Part shown: one piece after another, positions 13,102 through 27,011 of the stretch
Position numbering within the stretch: the first letter of the stretch is position 1
Layout: each line of letters begins with the position of its first letter
DNA from: Blasia pusilla
Lineage: Eukaryota
Direction of reading: 5' to 3'
DNA: 64,000 nt
Assembly (NCBI GenBank): GCA_050084515.1
Contig: CM114271.1
Coordinates: 14,446,001-14,510,000, forward strand
Translations under genes and position numbers: made by a program
Notes under the pieces: model-generated
Seen by the model: the letters and a program-made list of their open reading frames with translations, nothing else
Databases searched by the model: none
What the model was told of the DNA's origin: nothing

Positions 13102-16100
13102 ATTGCAGACTCGCTCCGCAACCGACATCACCCCGCGCCATTAAAACCTTCACTCGAATCTAAACCTTTTGGGGCGCAGATTCCCACCGCTTTCAAGCCT
13201 GGCCGGGCGACCTTCACAGCCCGCTGCATTTCGCGCGTTTCTTTCTCCTAGCGCATGACAGAAATCTCCGCTACAGCAGCCATCACGAGCAATCCACCCC
13301 TTCGCCCACAGTCAAAGCGCTTCGACGCGACGCGGGGACCTCCTGAGTCCTGCCACGCTTGATTTGTTCGTCCGCAGGACTGTGCTGCGTGTCCAATCTT
13401 TTGCTATTTCGCGGAGGTGAGTTTGACTGCGTCAGTCGTCTTGACGTGCTTAGGAGCTCGCGCCGCCCCCCCGCGGCCCCTTTCGCACGTACGCTGTGGG
13501 CCGACCCCACCACCACCGTAGGCAGCCTCGGCACGACTGGACACGGATCGGATTCCGTGCATTCATACGATATTAGTAACTAATCAGGTGGTGTGCCTCT
13601 GGATTTTGGCTTAGCGGTTGTAGAGGGTGAGACGTGTGAGTTAATTAATTAATGAGAGCCGGTGGATTAGGTGCATGGAAAAACTTTTATAAAAATTTGG
13701 AAATAAGTTCCACATGGTCGGGGAATATAAATAAGTTTCTTTGTCAAGAATCCTCACCATGCCTTCATGTACATGAAAAAAAAATATTTTCCAGAGACAA
13801 GAACATCAGTGTGTTCCTTTGAGACGGTAGAACTAATTCTCAAACAAGTGATTAGGTTAGACGAAGATTAGGATAAAAATAACGAATACTTGTAGGGCTA
13901 TGATGAATACGACTTAAAGGAAATAGCCCTACATATGAAGACGACTTAACTATCATACTATAAAAAGAATTAGCTCTGGCCAAGAGGCTGCCAATGCGCG
14001 CCACGTGAGAAGTTTGTAATTTTTATCTGAGTTTTATCTAAAAATTTGAGTATACAAGATTTTAGTACTCATATTAAGTTTTGTTTTTGACGTAAATTAA
14101 TTCTTATGAAGAAATTATGAATCTCTTTCATTTTCCATTCTTCTTAAAGCAAATTTCTTGTTTCATTATTTTCAAATTTTTGAAATTTCAAGTATATTTT
14201 GGAAAGGAACCTATATATTATTTTAAATAATGAGAAGATATTTTAAAGTATATTTTTTTAAAGGATGGAAATTTCAAAAGGATTTCTAAAAATATTTTTA
14301 AACAAATTTTGGCTCAAAATTACTGATTTTGTTTCATTAATTAAGAGAGACGGTTGAAAAAAATTTCTCTATTTTAAAATTTAAAAATAATTTTTAAAAA
14401 CGTGATTATTCATATATTTAGGCAAAAAATATATTTATTTATTGTGTACTCATCAATTCTATAATTTCAAATTTTCAACAAATGTACAGTGTATCACTTC
14501 ATGATATTTTTCCATTTCCATTCATTCGATCAAGTGAATCACATCGGGAAAAAATTATTAGTGACAAGTAATTATAATTAAACTTCTAAGTAAATCACAA
14601 AATTCCCTTCCTAGCTAGGATAGGAGCAAAACATGAAAATTCTTCTGGGCTAACTAACATATTGAACGTTAAACTACCTAGCCTTACTTACAAAAGGAAT
14701 AGTACATTAATAGTGATACACACATCAATTTAAATTCTTGTACTCCGATTTACATAAGAATGTCAATATTTTAATTTTGACAAAAAATACTAGAAATTGA
14801 TTCCATTAATTTAGTTTCTCAAAAAGTACACATTATGTCCATTGAGTACTTTACATAGGGACACTCACCAGCCAGATTAGTTTTAGGATTAACTCTCAAT
14901 AGTGGAAAGAAAGACAAAAATAGAGAAATTTACTACAAAGAAGGTTTCATAAGGATATTGTTTCAAGTGTTTCTCCTCTTACAAGTTCAGCTTTCTGATT
15001 GAAAATGAAACGTTTAAAAAAAAAAGGTTATCAAACCTTCTTTATTTATTTTTTCTATTTTTTACCCTTCTTTCCACTATTGAAAATTAATCTTTGTCTA
15101 TCGCCCCCTTTGAATCCTTGATATGTTGAAAATAAATTAATTTTAAAACATTCACTCCATCTTTTAAAATCTTCAATTTCTCTCTCCCCCTTCCCTCTTC
15201 TTATCTCTCCTCCCCTCTTGAAATAAATTTTTTTAAGTCTTGTGAAACCAAAATGTAATGCAACCTTTCTACAAAGCATTAAATGTTATGGGTAGTTATT
15301 GTTAACACTTTCTCAAGTTTGGGAAATAGAGAAGAGCCCACTAAATAAACACAAAACTCCACATTAGCAAGAACAAGTGTTAGTAGAGTAATAGGGGTGA
15401 TTACGAGTGTGAGTTTGAGCAAGCAAACAACCTTAGCATATTTTAGTCTACTCTTGCCCACTCCATAACTTCTTAGGGCTCTAAGTAATCCACAAGGCAA
15501 GATTTTGTGAATTTTATATAACATCCTCTATCCCTTGAAAATTGATCTCTTTAATTCCATCCCCTATTTAAACTCTTTTCAGGAAAACTAAATAATTACC
15601 CATGAGTTATTTATAAACCCTAGGATATGAATCATAAAAGATAATTTACCATTATAACAGATGGAGATGCTAACTAGAATAATAGAATCGATTTGTGAAT
15701 TTTGACATTATATTCTAACAAGAAGGAAATAAAAGGAATCATTAATTTTCATGTAATTCTATGTGATTGAGGTGTATCTTTCCTTTTCTAATTTTTTAAG
15801 ACCTTTTTTCTAATTTTTTCAAGAGCAAGTGAGTATCATATGGAAACTTTGTATGGTCATATTCTTTTCAGAATGAGCCACATCAACTCACGGCACAACT
15901 TTGGCTCTCTACCCTTTTTTCTCTTAGAATAAAAATGCATTTTCTTTCAAAAATGGAAATATATCTACCCTGCTAAAAATTTAATATGCATGGAAAAGAC
16001 CCACATGTATCTCACTGGCATCCTTGGTAGTAGATATAACGTGAATTTGTATCGATATATTTTTTCATCCTAATTGGATGAAAGAGAGAATACTTTGCAC

Positions 16101-17058
16101 AAAATTCATACGTATGGTTGGAGTTGTATTTAAAGGCGTAGGGAGTCAATCGAATATTTTCCTATGACATTTTCTTAAGTGGGTGGATATAATTAGTTAG
16201 AGCTTCATTGCGTCGCACGTGTTGTTCTAAAAACTGCCTCATTTCTACTTAGGTTTAAGTAACATGTTGATCCATTCAATGGTCATTTAGTAAGATATGT
16301 TTGTAGGTTACGAATTTTGGCTATATTTGGGGGGAAGGCTCTTTTGATTGTTCCTAAGGGGAGAATATGGATTTCAAGAGCCTTCTTTCTTGTGATGAGC
16401 CTATGAAACACTCTTCCATCTAGGGTTTGGTAGGAGCTAGGGTATTAGAATCTAGATTCCCTCATGGCAGAAGGTGGATGCGGCTTGTTGACAATGGGGC
16501 CTCTCAAGAATAGAGTTGGCTTAATGTGTCATTTTTATCTCAATTTTACATGATAAAGATCATAGGGAGGGCGCAGGGGTAATTTTTTTGGGCTTCCAGA
16601 CAATTGAATTGCCTCATTAGAGATCCCAATGAAGATTTTTTCATACGCTTATCCATTTTCGTTTTGGAAATTTGTGTGCAAAATGACATCCCATTTTTCT
16701 GTAGAATATTATGGTAGCGGCTAGACATAGGGAGCAATAGCAAAGTTTTGGGAATATTAGCACAAATTTTTAATTTAAAGGTGGTGGGAAGGAATGGTAA
16801 GTATCAATGAAAGAAGCAACGATAAACTATTCAAGGAGAGAAGTGAAGAGAACCTACTTTTATAGAAGAACATCGCTTGGGTGGATGGTGGAGTGAAACC
16901 ACGCATGCCACTAAGAAGTAGCCATACTACACCCATGAAAGCCTTGTGGAGGGAGCTATGGGATGCATGTGGTGTCTATGCATGGATATCGTGTACATGT
17001 AGGTACAAAGTTGTAGGTATAGAGTCCTATCATTGTTGATACACAAACTCTCAATAAA

Positions 17059-18081
17059 TGTCGCAACCCTCACAACCAAACCAGCGCCAAGAGCAACAAC
17101 TGAACTCTAGCAGGCTCACGTTATGATGGTTTGCGCTTTGAAGAAGTCTCAAGAAGAGACAAGTTAGGAAACACAAGTGCGAGACACGAGCGAGGCTAGC
17201 GTTTTGAGTTTTTTCATGCGTTAATGGTCGCAGGAAACCGGAACCAAACACAAACTTAGACTTGAGAGGAGTCAAGTCTCGAATGAGACGTGGCCAAGGG
17301 GTGAGAATCGCACTTGGGACGTGGCTAGCGTTTGGGGTTTCTGTTTGTATTTTTTACCATAACTTTTAGTTCCAAGATGCGTTTGGGACAAAAAAGATGG
17401 CATCAAAAAGATTATCGAGAGCCAATTCCAAAGCACCAAAGATCTTGGCAAACGCTTTAGCTTGGATATTGGCCGAAAATAACTATACATGGAGTTGGGT
17501 TGAGGGCCAAAAAGAGGGGCCTGAATGTCTCTTCCCCAAAGGTAGGGGGAGGGCGGGAATCCCCAAAAGTACAAGTAAGCGAGAAGGTCTCCAAGGGTGC
17601 TTGGGAACCTAACCCCACTTTGGGCGCCGCGGGGCAACTCAAGGGCACGAAATGGATCGGGAGTTTTGGCGATGGGATTTGAAACCTGAACCAAGTCCAA
17701 TAGAGCAAATTTTGGAGGTCCTTACTGGATTCCAAACCGTGAATCATAATTTTGGGTTTTGATTTAGGAGCTCATGCGAGTTCCATTGGAAAGTTGAGAC
17801 CGATAGGCGTGCAAATGCCGTTTTAGGTTCCTAGACTAACCAGAAAGTCTATCCCAAGTCTCGGAATACTTGCCCGTGTTGGGAAGCTAGGAATGAGGGA
17901 AGGTTGAGCTTGATGAGGTGCGGAGTTGAGAACTTGGTGGGTTGGATGGCAAGCTGACCCAGATTAGACTAACGTGAGTGTGTTTGGGTGCAGATCGGTG
18001 ATGAGAGTGTGTCCTACTGAACGTACGCTTCCGCAACACTAGACATTGACGTTCGAGGGAGTGAGCACACGAATCACAACA
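17059..18081 (-). mobile_element. Conventional solo LTR (1023 bp) with 5-bp TSD
   Basis: TG...CA termini; ATAAA at both 17054-17058 and 18082-18086. Inverted homolog of 26005-27011; strand inferred from the TATA box in that copy. Confidence 0.9.
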
Positions 18082-19818
18082 ATAAAGCTATTGACACAAA
18101 AAAGGAAACATCAATACACCTATTTCCTAGTGTGTGACTAGCCTATCTAGCCCAACCCGTGAGCTTATAATCAATTATGAGAATTTTGCAAGATCTTTCT
18201 CAAGATTATTCCAATGTGTGCTTTTTCATTCATGTATTAGGATACGTGTTTTGTTTGAAAATGATTACCCATGAGATGCATTGACCTACCATAAGTTTTC
18301 GGCTGAGTTACACTTCACTAGTACAATAACTATGCATGAAAACCTACGTTGAGATGAGTCTTCCACACCATAGGCATTTTTTATGCAAGTGACAACTGAT
18401 CATTGGCATTTATGGAGTGTTTGGCACAAATTGTACACAATTGGTATCGGGTTGTGAACCAAGAGCTACAATGGAGAGTTTGATATGTGATGTTGCTACA
18501 CATGATCAAGCCTACCTTAAAGGTGGTGTTTAAATTATCGAAGTGGATTGTGCTCAATATGAGTGAGGAACATTTTTTTATCAGAAGATTTGTGTGAGAC
18601 TCAACTAGTTCAAGAGTGTTAGTAGCCCCAAAGGTGCCCCAACAGGCACTAGTATCGTGCATGGGAGAAAGTTGGCATATCTCAAACTCAAGATCTCAAA
18701 GAGAGAGTCAAGTGAATATCAAGAGCGTATGATGATGAAGCGATGAACTACATGAACATACAATGGCCATTATGGATCAGATTTTGTTTGTTAGATGTGT
18801 CAAGGACCCAATAGACATCAACATAGGGATACATACAACATGGTGGAGGTAGACGTCGTCTCACCTTGCCTAGGAGCTAACTTAGATGGTACCATCAGAG
18901 CCACAATGTGACCATTAATATGAAAACAATCAAAGAAGAGATAGGTGTTTTGAGCTTTACTACAAGATATGTCTAGAGGTGAATCTAGAGCTTTAGGGGG
19001 CTTGAGGATTTTTGGGATAGAGTTGGTGGAGATTGAGGAGATTTTGGATATGGTCGACAAGTTCCACCACCTACTAATTCAAAAGCATATCAAGGTTGCA
19101 CATCCTGCACACCTCCATATTGTGTTATTCACATAGAAAGATTTCTCTATGTGAATAACACATAGAGAAATCTTTGAAATCCTTTGCTCTAAATGTTATT
19201 CACATTTAGAGCAAAGGATTGGTATTATAACAATGAAAGAGACGACGATAAAGATGGAGTTAAGAAAATCCACCTTAGCTTTAACTTTCACATAGTATCA
19301 AAATATAAGGTGGATTTTACTAGTATGGGATTTATGTATAGTGTGGCATAGGTTCACACTATTGTTGTGATAACTTAAGGCAATGCGATAGTGACCAAAC
19401 CACAAAGATCGAGGTTGGGTTGATCTGGACCAATAGGAGGGGGGAAATGGGCAACATCCCAAGGTTCTCTAGTCATTTATATTTTTTAAGACACTTCATA
19501 CTTCCTTGATCGTGTCTTGATAACCAAATTTCTTGCTATTGGAGTAAGTACGTCAACATCAAGAGGGGTTAGAGAGGCAACTCTTATGCAAGCTCAAGTA
19601 GAGCCAATTTGTGACTTCATTTTTTGTGATGGCAACTACAATTGTAAGGCTCCAAAGTTCTCCATCATGGACTAGGTGGAAACAAGAGTTGGACCAACCA
19701 AGGTGTCATGACTCATGGATGGTTGCTACCTATATAGCGGCCAGCTGAGACACTTTGTGAGCATGGAAAGGTTGTTTCCACTCATATAAAGGTAGTTGGT
19801 GGGGAGATGATGGACCTA

Positions 19819-19820
<2 letters not shown>

Positions 19821-19856
<36 letters not shown>
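19821..19856. repeat. (TA)18 microsatellite
   Basis: Read directly from the sequence. Confidence 0.95.
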
Positions 19857-19860
<4 letters not shown>

Positions 19861-21587
19861 ACCTAGATCTATGATAGAGCAAACCATGGTGACATCATAT
19901 GTGGTTTTGGTGGATAACTAGAGTACTTGGTTAGTCTTATAAATATTATACCATCCATAATGCATCGTACTTCACTCGAGGGCACAACCCTTGATACTAG
20001 GGAAAATGGCATGTTGAGTGTTATGCTAAAATAGGAGAAATTGAGCCATGTCTCTTTTAGAGACATATATCCATTGGGGATGTTTCATCCACATAATTTA
20101 TGACTTAAAGGAGTATGTCATAAAGTAAGCCAAAGCGTTTGACGGATATTACAATAGTATGCACACATGAAATTACAATACTAGAAGAGTCGTATGATGT
20201 GTTTGTAGGGAGTGTGGTGTTGTATCCCATTGGATTCAACCTTAATTATGGGAAGAAGATGATTGCATATTGGCTAAGATGATGATTTGGAGATGGTTAG
20301 ATGAGTCAAATACCACTTTGATTTTCTTGGGATAGTAGTGGTCTAAGAGCAGATACCATCACCATGTTACCAACAATCAGTGGTAGCTTTAGCTTTTAAG
20401 GAGAGTTTTTGGAGGGTAATATCCATGTAAGGGACATTCCCATAAAGGATAATCTTAGGAAGAGATAGGTCATATTTGGTGTCTCTTCCAATGAAGAAGA
20501 TGCCTTCTTCCTAGTTTTGGGCATAAGCGTCAAGTTGTACATGAGTCTGAAAAAGCATTGAAGCAAGCATAGAGGCAAGGCTTCACTCTAGGGCTAAAAG
20601 AAGAGGAGTCATGTGATAGTTATGCTCATATAGTGATAACATTGGTATCTTTTGATACCATACATTACAAAACTTGGAGCATTTTAATATCAATCATAAT
20701 GTAATGTGTGTCTAATGTATTTATGAGGTCATTTTTTTACTGAATTTTTTAATAAAAATATTTATGCATAAAATTGGCATTGAAAGTTGATTCTTTTAAA
20801 AAATCAACATAAAAATAAATTTATTTGAAATGATATCAATGTGATTGTCAGATTTTTGTATTGAAATTATATGGAAGTTAGCACCCTCTAACTTTCGTGA
20901 TGTACCACTCATATGGTAATGTCGATAGGAGGGTGTGATAATGTTGGATCTAGATCTTTTCAAAGGGATGAGAACGGGATTAGCTATAGTATTGCAAGCC
21001 AACATTCAAGTACATCAATATCTACATCAAGAGGGATGAGATTGCACAAAGACTTTCATTATGTTTTGTGGTGAGATTGGTCCAACAATTGGCAATATGT
21101 GGATTTATATTGATGTACTTTGCTCCCGAAAAATTCATTTTTTGGGCCCCATGAACTGAACGGATTTGGGACCATACATTTGGCAATCACTAGATAGCCA
21201 TGCCAAGGTCATTCACAAGGGTTTGGCTTTCAAGAACCAAGATTGAGCACGCTTTGGCCCTTTTGGGAGATGATGCAAGTATTACAATATTTATAGGAAA
21301 TTCAAGTATATTCTCCATCATACATTATGGAGAATGTGTGATTGCATTCATATTGAAGATTGAATTTTAGTCCATTTCATGGGACATAAAAATTGCTATA
21401 TTTAGCTTAGATGGATTAGATCAACTTAATTAAAATTAGCCAGCCATAGTTTGTGTAATTAGAGACTATAATTATAATTAGGGTTAATTATACATACCCT
21501 ATATAAGTAAGAAGGGGACCAACCCTTGCTTATTCTCTCAATGCAAAGTTTTGTTCGTTTTGGTTGTATGTGTGTGTATGTGAGAGC

Positions 21588-22215
21588 TATCACATCTTAG
21601 TAGACGATAGGTAGAGATCTATCGTGGCAACGACATAGAGAGCCATTGGACTATCATGAGTGTAACTTCGTTCCGAGATGTCGGATGAGGTTGGCGACAG
21701 GTCTGTCGCGTCGGGAAGAACATTTATGGAAATTTCCCTATTTTGGTTTTAGTCCATCATGTGACCCGTTGATGGAGTCAATGGTTACCCGGTAATCTTT
21801 GCACAGAGGTTACCCTTGGTAGGGCTATTTTTGGGGGGAAGAGCCTTTTGGCTCTTCCCAAGGGTATAAGAGAGGAAGAGAGGGCTTTCTCAAGCGATCT
21901 TTCTCATGTTGGGCTGTTGGAGCACCTCTCTTGTCATGTGTGAGGTAGGACTAGGGTGCTAGCGTCCGGTTCTGCTAAGACCACATGGTGGACGAGGTTC
22001 GATATGTCGATGTAGATTGAGGAGTGAAGTTTTAGGCTGGGTGTGCAGTTTTTACTACTCTTATGGTTGTGGGGGCGGTTGTGGGATCTCAATGTATATG
22101 TGTGAGTTTTTTGGTTTATGGATGGATCGACCTGTGTGTTGGGAAGATCGGTGTTGTGTGGTGTGTAGATGTGACCAGCGATGTGGGTTGTGAAGCGATG
22201 TGTATGCGCACAACA
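21588..22215 (+). mobile_element. Family-Y solo A-B terminal unit
   Basis: Starts TATCACATC (TG mutated to TA) and ends GCGCACAACA. A is about 21588-22063, B is 22080-22215. Collinear with 45941-46580. Confidence 0.85.
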
Positions 22216-22399
22216 ACGCCATATTCCATCAATCATTCTCCTTTAGAAATTTTCTATAACTCGTGCATAAGTTAAGACAAGTTTGCACCAAGTGAGGTCT
22301 TGGTTAGTACCAACAATATTTCTAGATGCGGCATATGACCTCACATGGAGCAAAATTGTCATAGCTTATGCATGAGTTATAGAAAAATTCTAATGTATT

Positions 22400-23340
22400 T
22401 ATGACCTATGATATGATTGGGCATGCAAAGGTCTTCAATACATTAGATCTCCGTGCTGGTTATCATCAACCTTTTGATCATGGTAGAGGATATGGGAGGG
22501 ATTGCTTATACTCGAGCTTATACCAATGGAAATTCTTACTATCTAGGTTGAAAAATGGCCCTTCAAAGTTCTATAGGGTGATAGATAGGCTTTTAGCAAG
22601 TTTGGAGTACGTGCAATGTTACATAGATGGCATTAATATCTTCTGTTCCACAATTGAGGAGCACGAGTATCATTGGGAGGAGGCGTTTTGATGATCATAG
22701 GTACATATGCATCCAAGAAGTGTAAGTTCTTCCTAGATCAGATCATATACCTAGATCACATCATATACCCAAGTGGGTTCGGTATTCAACAAGCAAAGGT
22801 AGAGGTTATTCGGTGAATTCCACGCCATGTTTTATAGGTCAAATATGAGCATTTCTAGGAATAGCATAAATACTTCTATTAATGATATGTCAAGGGGTTT
22901 AGGAGGATCGCAAAGTCTTTGACATTGCTAGGGAGAATTCATTAGGTGTGGCATTAGGGATATAATGAAGAGCAAGCATTCTCAGAGATCAAGAAATGTT
23001 GATATCCTCGCCCATTTTTAAGAGATCTATGAGAGGTCCTTCATTCTAGTTATATGTGGATTCTAGTAAGTTTGGCCTAGGATTGGTGCTTACTCAAAGA
23101 GACCACGAGGGAAGGGAGTTTATTATTTTGAAGCCAATCAAACAACACAATAGAGGCAAAGTACATCTCATATGAGGGAGAGCGTTTGGTGGTAGTGTAG
23201 GCCGTGGCACATTTCAAGTGTTTCTTATTTGGTAATCCTTTCACGCTTACCACTAATCTTTAGCCACTAATGTGGTTGATGGATTTTAATAAGCTTGCAG
23301 AGACGCTTGCCACATGGGCTCTAGTACTATATGGGTATAA
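22400..23340 (+). pseudogene. Gypsy RT/RNase H relic
   Basis: IGHAKVFNTLDLRAGYHQ...YQWKFL...CYIDGINIF, followed by RNase H-like remnants collinear with 61030-63380. Confidence 0.85.
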
Positions 23341-25960
23341 CTTTCTTGAGGACGTGAAAGTCCTCGAGAAAGTTAGCACTCCATGTGAGTACGTTGCAAG
23401 GGGTTTTTTCATTTTAAAAAGAGGTGAATTATAATTAACTAATTAGTTGCTAAAGGGCTTGAAGAAAACTTTTTAAGGTCTTATTATAATGTAGGGTCCA
23501 AATAATTGGTTGACCAATAAAAATAATAATAAAATCTACTATAGGGAACTCGACATCCCATGTTGCAACGTATCATTTTCTAATTGGTCATGATAAAATA
23601 AATATAAATATATAGGAATAAATACAAAATCATCATTAAGTATGTAATAGCATCATCCATAAACAATCCATTTTCTTTACTACCATCCAAGTAGGGTAGT
23701 ATATGTATACTTCAATTTAGAAGACTTATGAGTATCCAACTTCTCTCATACTTATCAAAAAATTATGAATCTTTGTCATGCATGAAAATTTGAGGAGTTG
23801 GCTAAACCATTTTTATGGGAAAATATTGTTCTAGAGTGAAGCTAACAATAAAAATGGGGAAATACCATGTTTAAATGATCACTCAAATTTTGAGTGACTT
23901 TCAAAAAATATAAACCGTTCACTATATTTAAATACAATTAAGAGTACTTTCGTACAACTTTCAAATCCATCCAAAGGTGCAACGTGGTGTTACAAGTACA
24001 TTCATGAAAGAAAATGGGCAAAGTGATTGATGTTCCATGAGAGTTGAAGCTCCAAAATCTTCCAAAATTTTCTAATACATGTATGGGGTGGTACTTAACA
24101 TGTATGAATTATTTTAGATCCATTGGACATCCCATAAATGAATAATAAATGGAAAATGGTTTTAATTTGATGTTTTTGTCTCCACCTCTCAAATTCCAAA
24201 ATAAGATATGAACCAATAAACTACATGATACTAAAAATATGGAAACATCCTCAAGGTTTTAACATAATCCAACGGTTAAATCTAAGGTGGTGCTAGAACT
24301 AAGAAAAATAAAACAAGAACCTAATGCCAATTCTCAAGGTATATTTTTTATACTTGAAGTTGGAAGTCTTGTGAGTATTCAACTTCGCTCGTATTCATTA
24401 AAAAAATATGAAATCCATCAAATCATGCACAGAGGCATGAAGAGTTGGCTGAGTTTTTTATGAGAAACTATTGACCCAAAGTGAAGCTAAAAATAAATAC
24501 TGTAAAATTCCAAGTTTAATCATAACTCATATTTTGAGGGACTTTCACAAGATCTAATCCGTTCATTAAATTTAAATACAAGAAAGAGTACTCTCCTATA
24601 ACTTTCAAATCCATCCAATGGTGGAATGTGATGTTATAAGTACATCAAGACAAGAAAACTTTGTTGTGTGATTGCCAAGAATTGTCAATTTATAATCCAC
24701 ATCGTGAAGTTGATTATGAAAAAACCCTTATGGAGAATGAGCATGCTAGTTATCGTGATGGTGTAAGGGAAAACATTTGAAATAATTTTTTTCCATTAGT
24801 TCACTAGTCTATGCAGTCAAATTTATGGAATGAACCAAATCCTCCCTTGGTTCTCCTAAGTGATAAAAATAATATAGATTATGGTCTAGCTAATATTGAT
24901 GTAGTTGGACATGAGTTGAGACATATTATGAACGAGGTTATCCATGAGAGTGTTGGAGAAGAAAATGTTAGAAAGGTTGATCCTACTATTATATATGAGG
25001 GGAAAACAATATATAAATCAACATTGGTGAGCCAACTTATTGGAAATCCTATGATTTCAAAAGATAGACTTTTAAGAGTCATAAGTTCATTGACATTTAG
25101 TATTCCTAAACTTCGCTTACAATGTTCAAAAGCACCATGAGCATCATGTATATTAGATATTGGTTATACACGTGTGTGTTTTTTTTAAAAGGAAGCTTTG
25201 TAATCTTCTATCTCGAGGGTTGCAGCATCTAGACAGAGGGAAAAAAAACTAAAGGAGTCCCTATAAGTAGCATGGAGAGAGGATATACTTACAAAGCTTG
25301 GATAGGTAAAGTTAAAAAGTTGAGGAGAAAAAAAGGAAAGAGTTAACACACTAGGTTACACAACAATAAGATATGAAATATCATTACATGACAGAGGCAT
25401 GTTTGACCGTATGGAGGATCTACAACGGAAGATGATAAGATAGAGTGTATGTTTAATTGATTCAATCTTGTGAATCAAAACTCAATTCTTTTCATTTATG
25501 ATAACAATGATGTATAATGGATAGAAATAGATATGGTAATTGCTTATGTTATAATGGAATACAAGCAAGGAGTGAAAGATGTTGGGATACTAGATCCTCA
25601 TGATAGAAAAGTTGCAAATGCTTTCTTACAAGACAAGAGGAAATCTTGACTTTTTAAGGTATTTATCAAAGAAAGTATTTACATTAGAGAAGTTGTAAAT
25701 TTCATTGAAATGTATTTGTGTTATGTCTTAAGTTTATTTTGTGTACTCTTTTTCATTTATATCCAATTGGCTCTTTGTACTATGCTTCTTTTATAGAAAT
25801 TATATCTACATGTAAAAGGGGCCGTAAGGTTTTGTGAAGATTTTATAATAGTAAAAGGGTTATTAAAAATCCATAATTCAAAAAATTATAGTAGTGATGT
25901 ATTAATTACAAATTGAAAAAAAAGGGCTTGATTAATTAAAAAATAATAATAGCGAAGCGT
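23341..25960 (+). mobile_element. Unclassified AT-rich putative DNA-transposon relic with internal ~310-bp duplication and coding remnant
   Basis: Hairpin at 23341-23372; imperfect direct repeat about 23707-24020 vs 24350-24655; coding-like fragment 24811-25140 (DPTIIYEGKTIYKSTLVSQLIGNPMISKDRLLRV). Confidence 0.35.
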
Positions 25961-26004
25961 CACTTTAAAGGCATATGGTCGCATATGATGTATGAGACCA
26001 TCTA

Positions 26005-27011
26005 TGTCGCGCCCCTACTCTCCTTGAACGTCAATCTTTAGTGTTGCGGAAGCGTACGTTCAGTAGGACACGATCTCATCGCCGATCTGCACCCAAACAC
26101 GGACTCTCGTTTGTCGAGTCCGGGCCAACCAGCGTTCCAACCCACCGAGTTCTTAACTCGGCGTCTCATCAAGCTCAACCTTCCTTAATTCCTAGTTTCC
26201 AAAACATGGCAAGTCCTTCAAGACTTGGAACAGACTTCCTGATTAGTCCAGGAATCTAAAACGGCACTTGCGCGCCTAGCGATCCCAAGTGTTCAACGGA
26301 CCTCGTGCGAGTTCCAAACCGAGACCCAAGTAATTGAGTCGCGGGGTGAAATCCAAGAGGGATGTCTAAAATCGCCTCCGTAGACTTGGTTCAGGTTTTC
26401 CAACCCAACCCCAAACTCTCGATCCGTTCCATGCCCTTGAGCCGCCCCGTGGCGCCCAAAGTGGGGTTTGAGTTTCAAGCACTCTCGGAGAACTTCCCCC
26501 TTACTAGTACTTCTGGGGTTCTCCAATAACCCCTCCCCCCCCTTTGGAAAAGGAGGGTCTGGCCCTTCATTGTGGCCCTCAACCCGACTCTACTTATAGT
26601 CGTTTCCGGGTTGTTTCTCAGCCGCTGCTTATGCGTTTGCAAAGATCTTTAGTGTGTTTGAACCGGCTTTTCATAAGCCTTCCAACGCACCCTTGCTTAA
26701 TCCAAAATTATCTTGGTGCTAAAAGTTATGGTTATAAATACAGTCGGAAACTCTCAAACGCTAGTGGCGTTCCAAATCTGGATTCTTCCTTTGGAAACCC
26801 ACTTTCTAGACTCGACTCCTTTCAAGTCTTATTCCGCGTTTGGTCCAGGTTTCTCGGTTGTGACCACAACATCTGAAATGCGAAGCCTCACTTGCATCTC
26901 GTCTCTTGTCTCTTCTTCGAGACTACTCCAACGCGCAAACCATCTTAGCGTGAGTCCGCTAATGTTCCGATGTTCCGCTTTGGCACTCGTTTGGTCATGA
27001 GGGTCGCGACA
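26005..27011 (+). mobile_element. Conventional solo LTR (1007 bp) with 5-bp TSD
   Basis: TGTCGCG...CGCGACA inverted termini; ATCTA at both 26000-26004 and 27012-27016; TATAAA near 26733. Confidence 0.92.

Larger units (their letters stand above)
16200..20690 (+). mobile_element. Old, highly mutated family-Y-like element (A repeat, leader, gag, protease region), interrupted by a solo LTR
   Basis: 16280-16560 resembles the A repeat; 18600-20680 resembles 42800-45450 with many transitions and stops. Boundaries approximate. Confidence 0.6.

Noticed and set aside
12642-13583. Cluster of short GC-rich ORFs
   Set aside because: Low-complexity (GCA/GCC runs) with no recognisable domains; more likely 5'UTR or promoter of DUF604 copy 1.
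14000-15900. AT-rich block as a Helitron (also 30200-31350)
   Set aside because: Could not identify termini, a hairpin or coding remnants with confidence.
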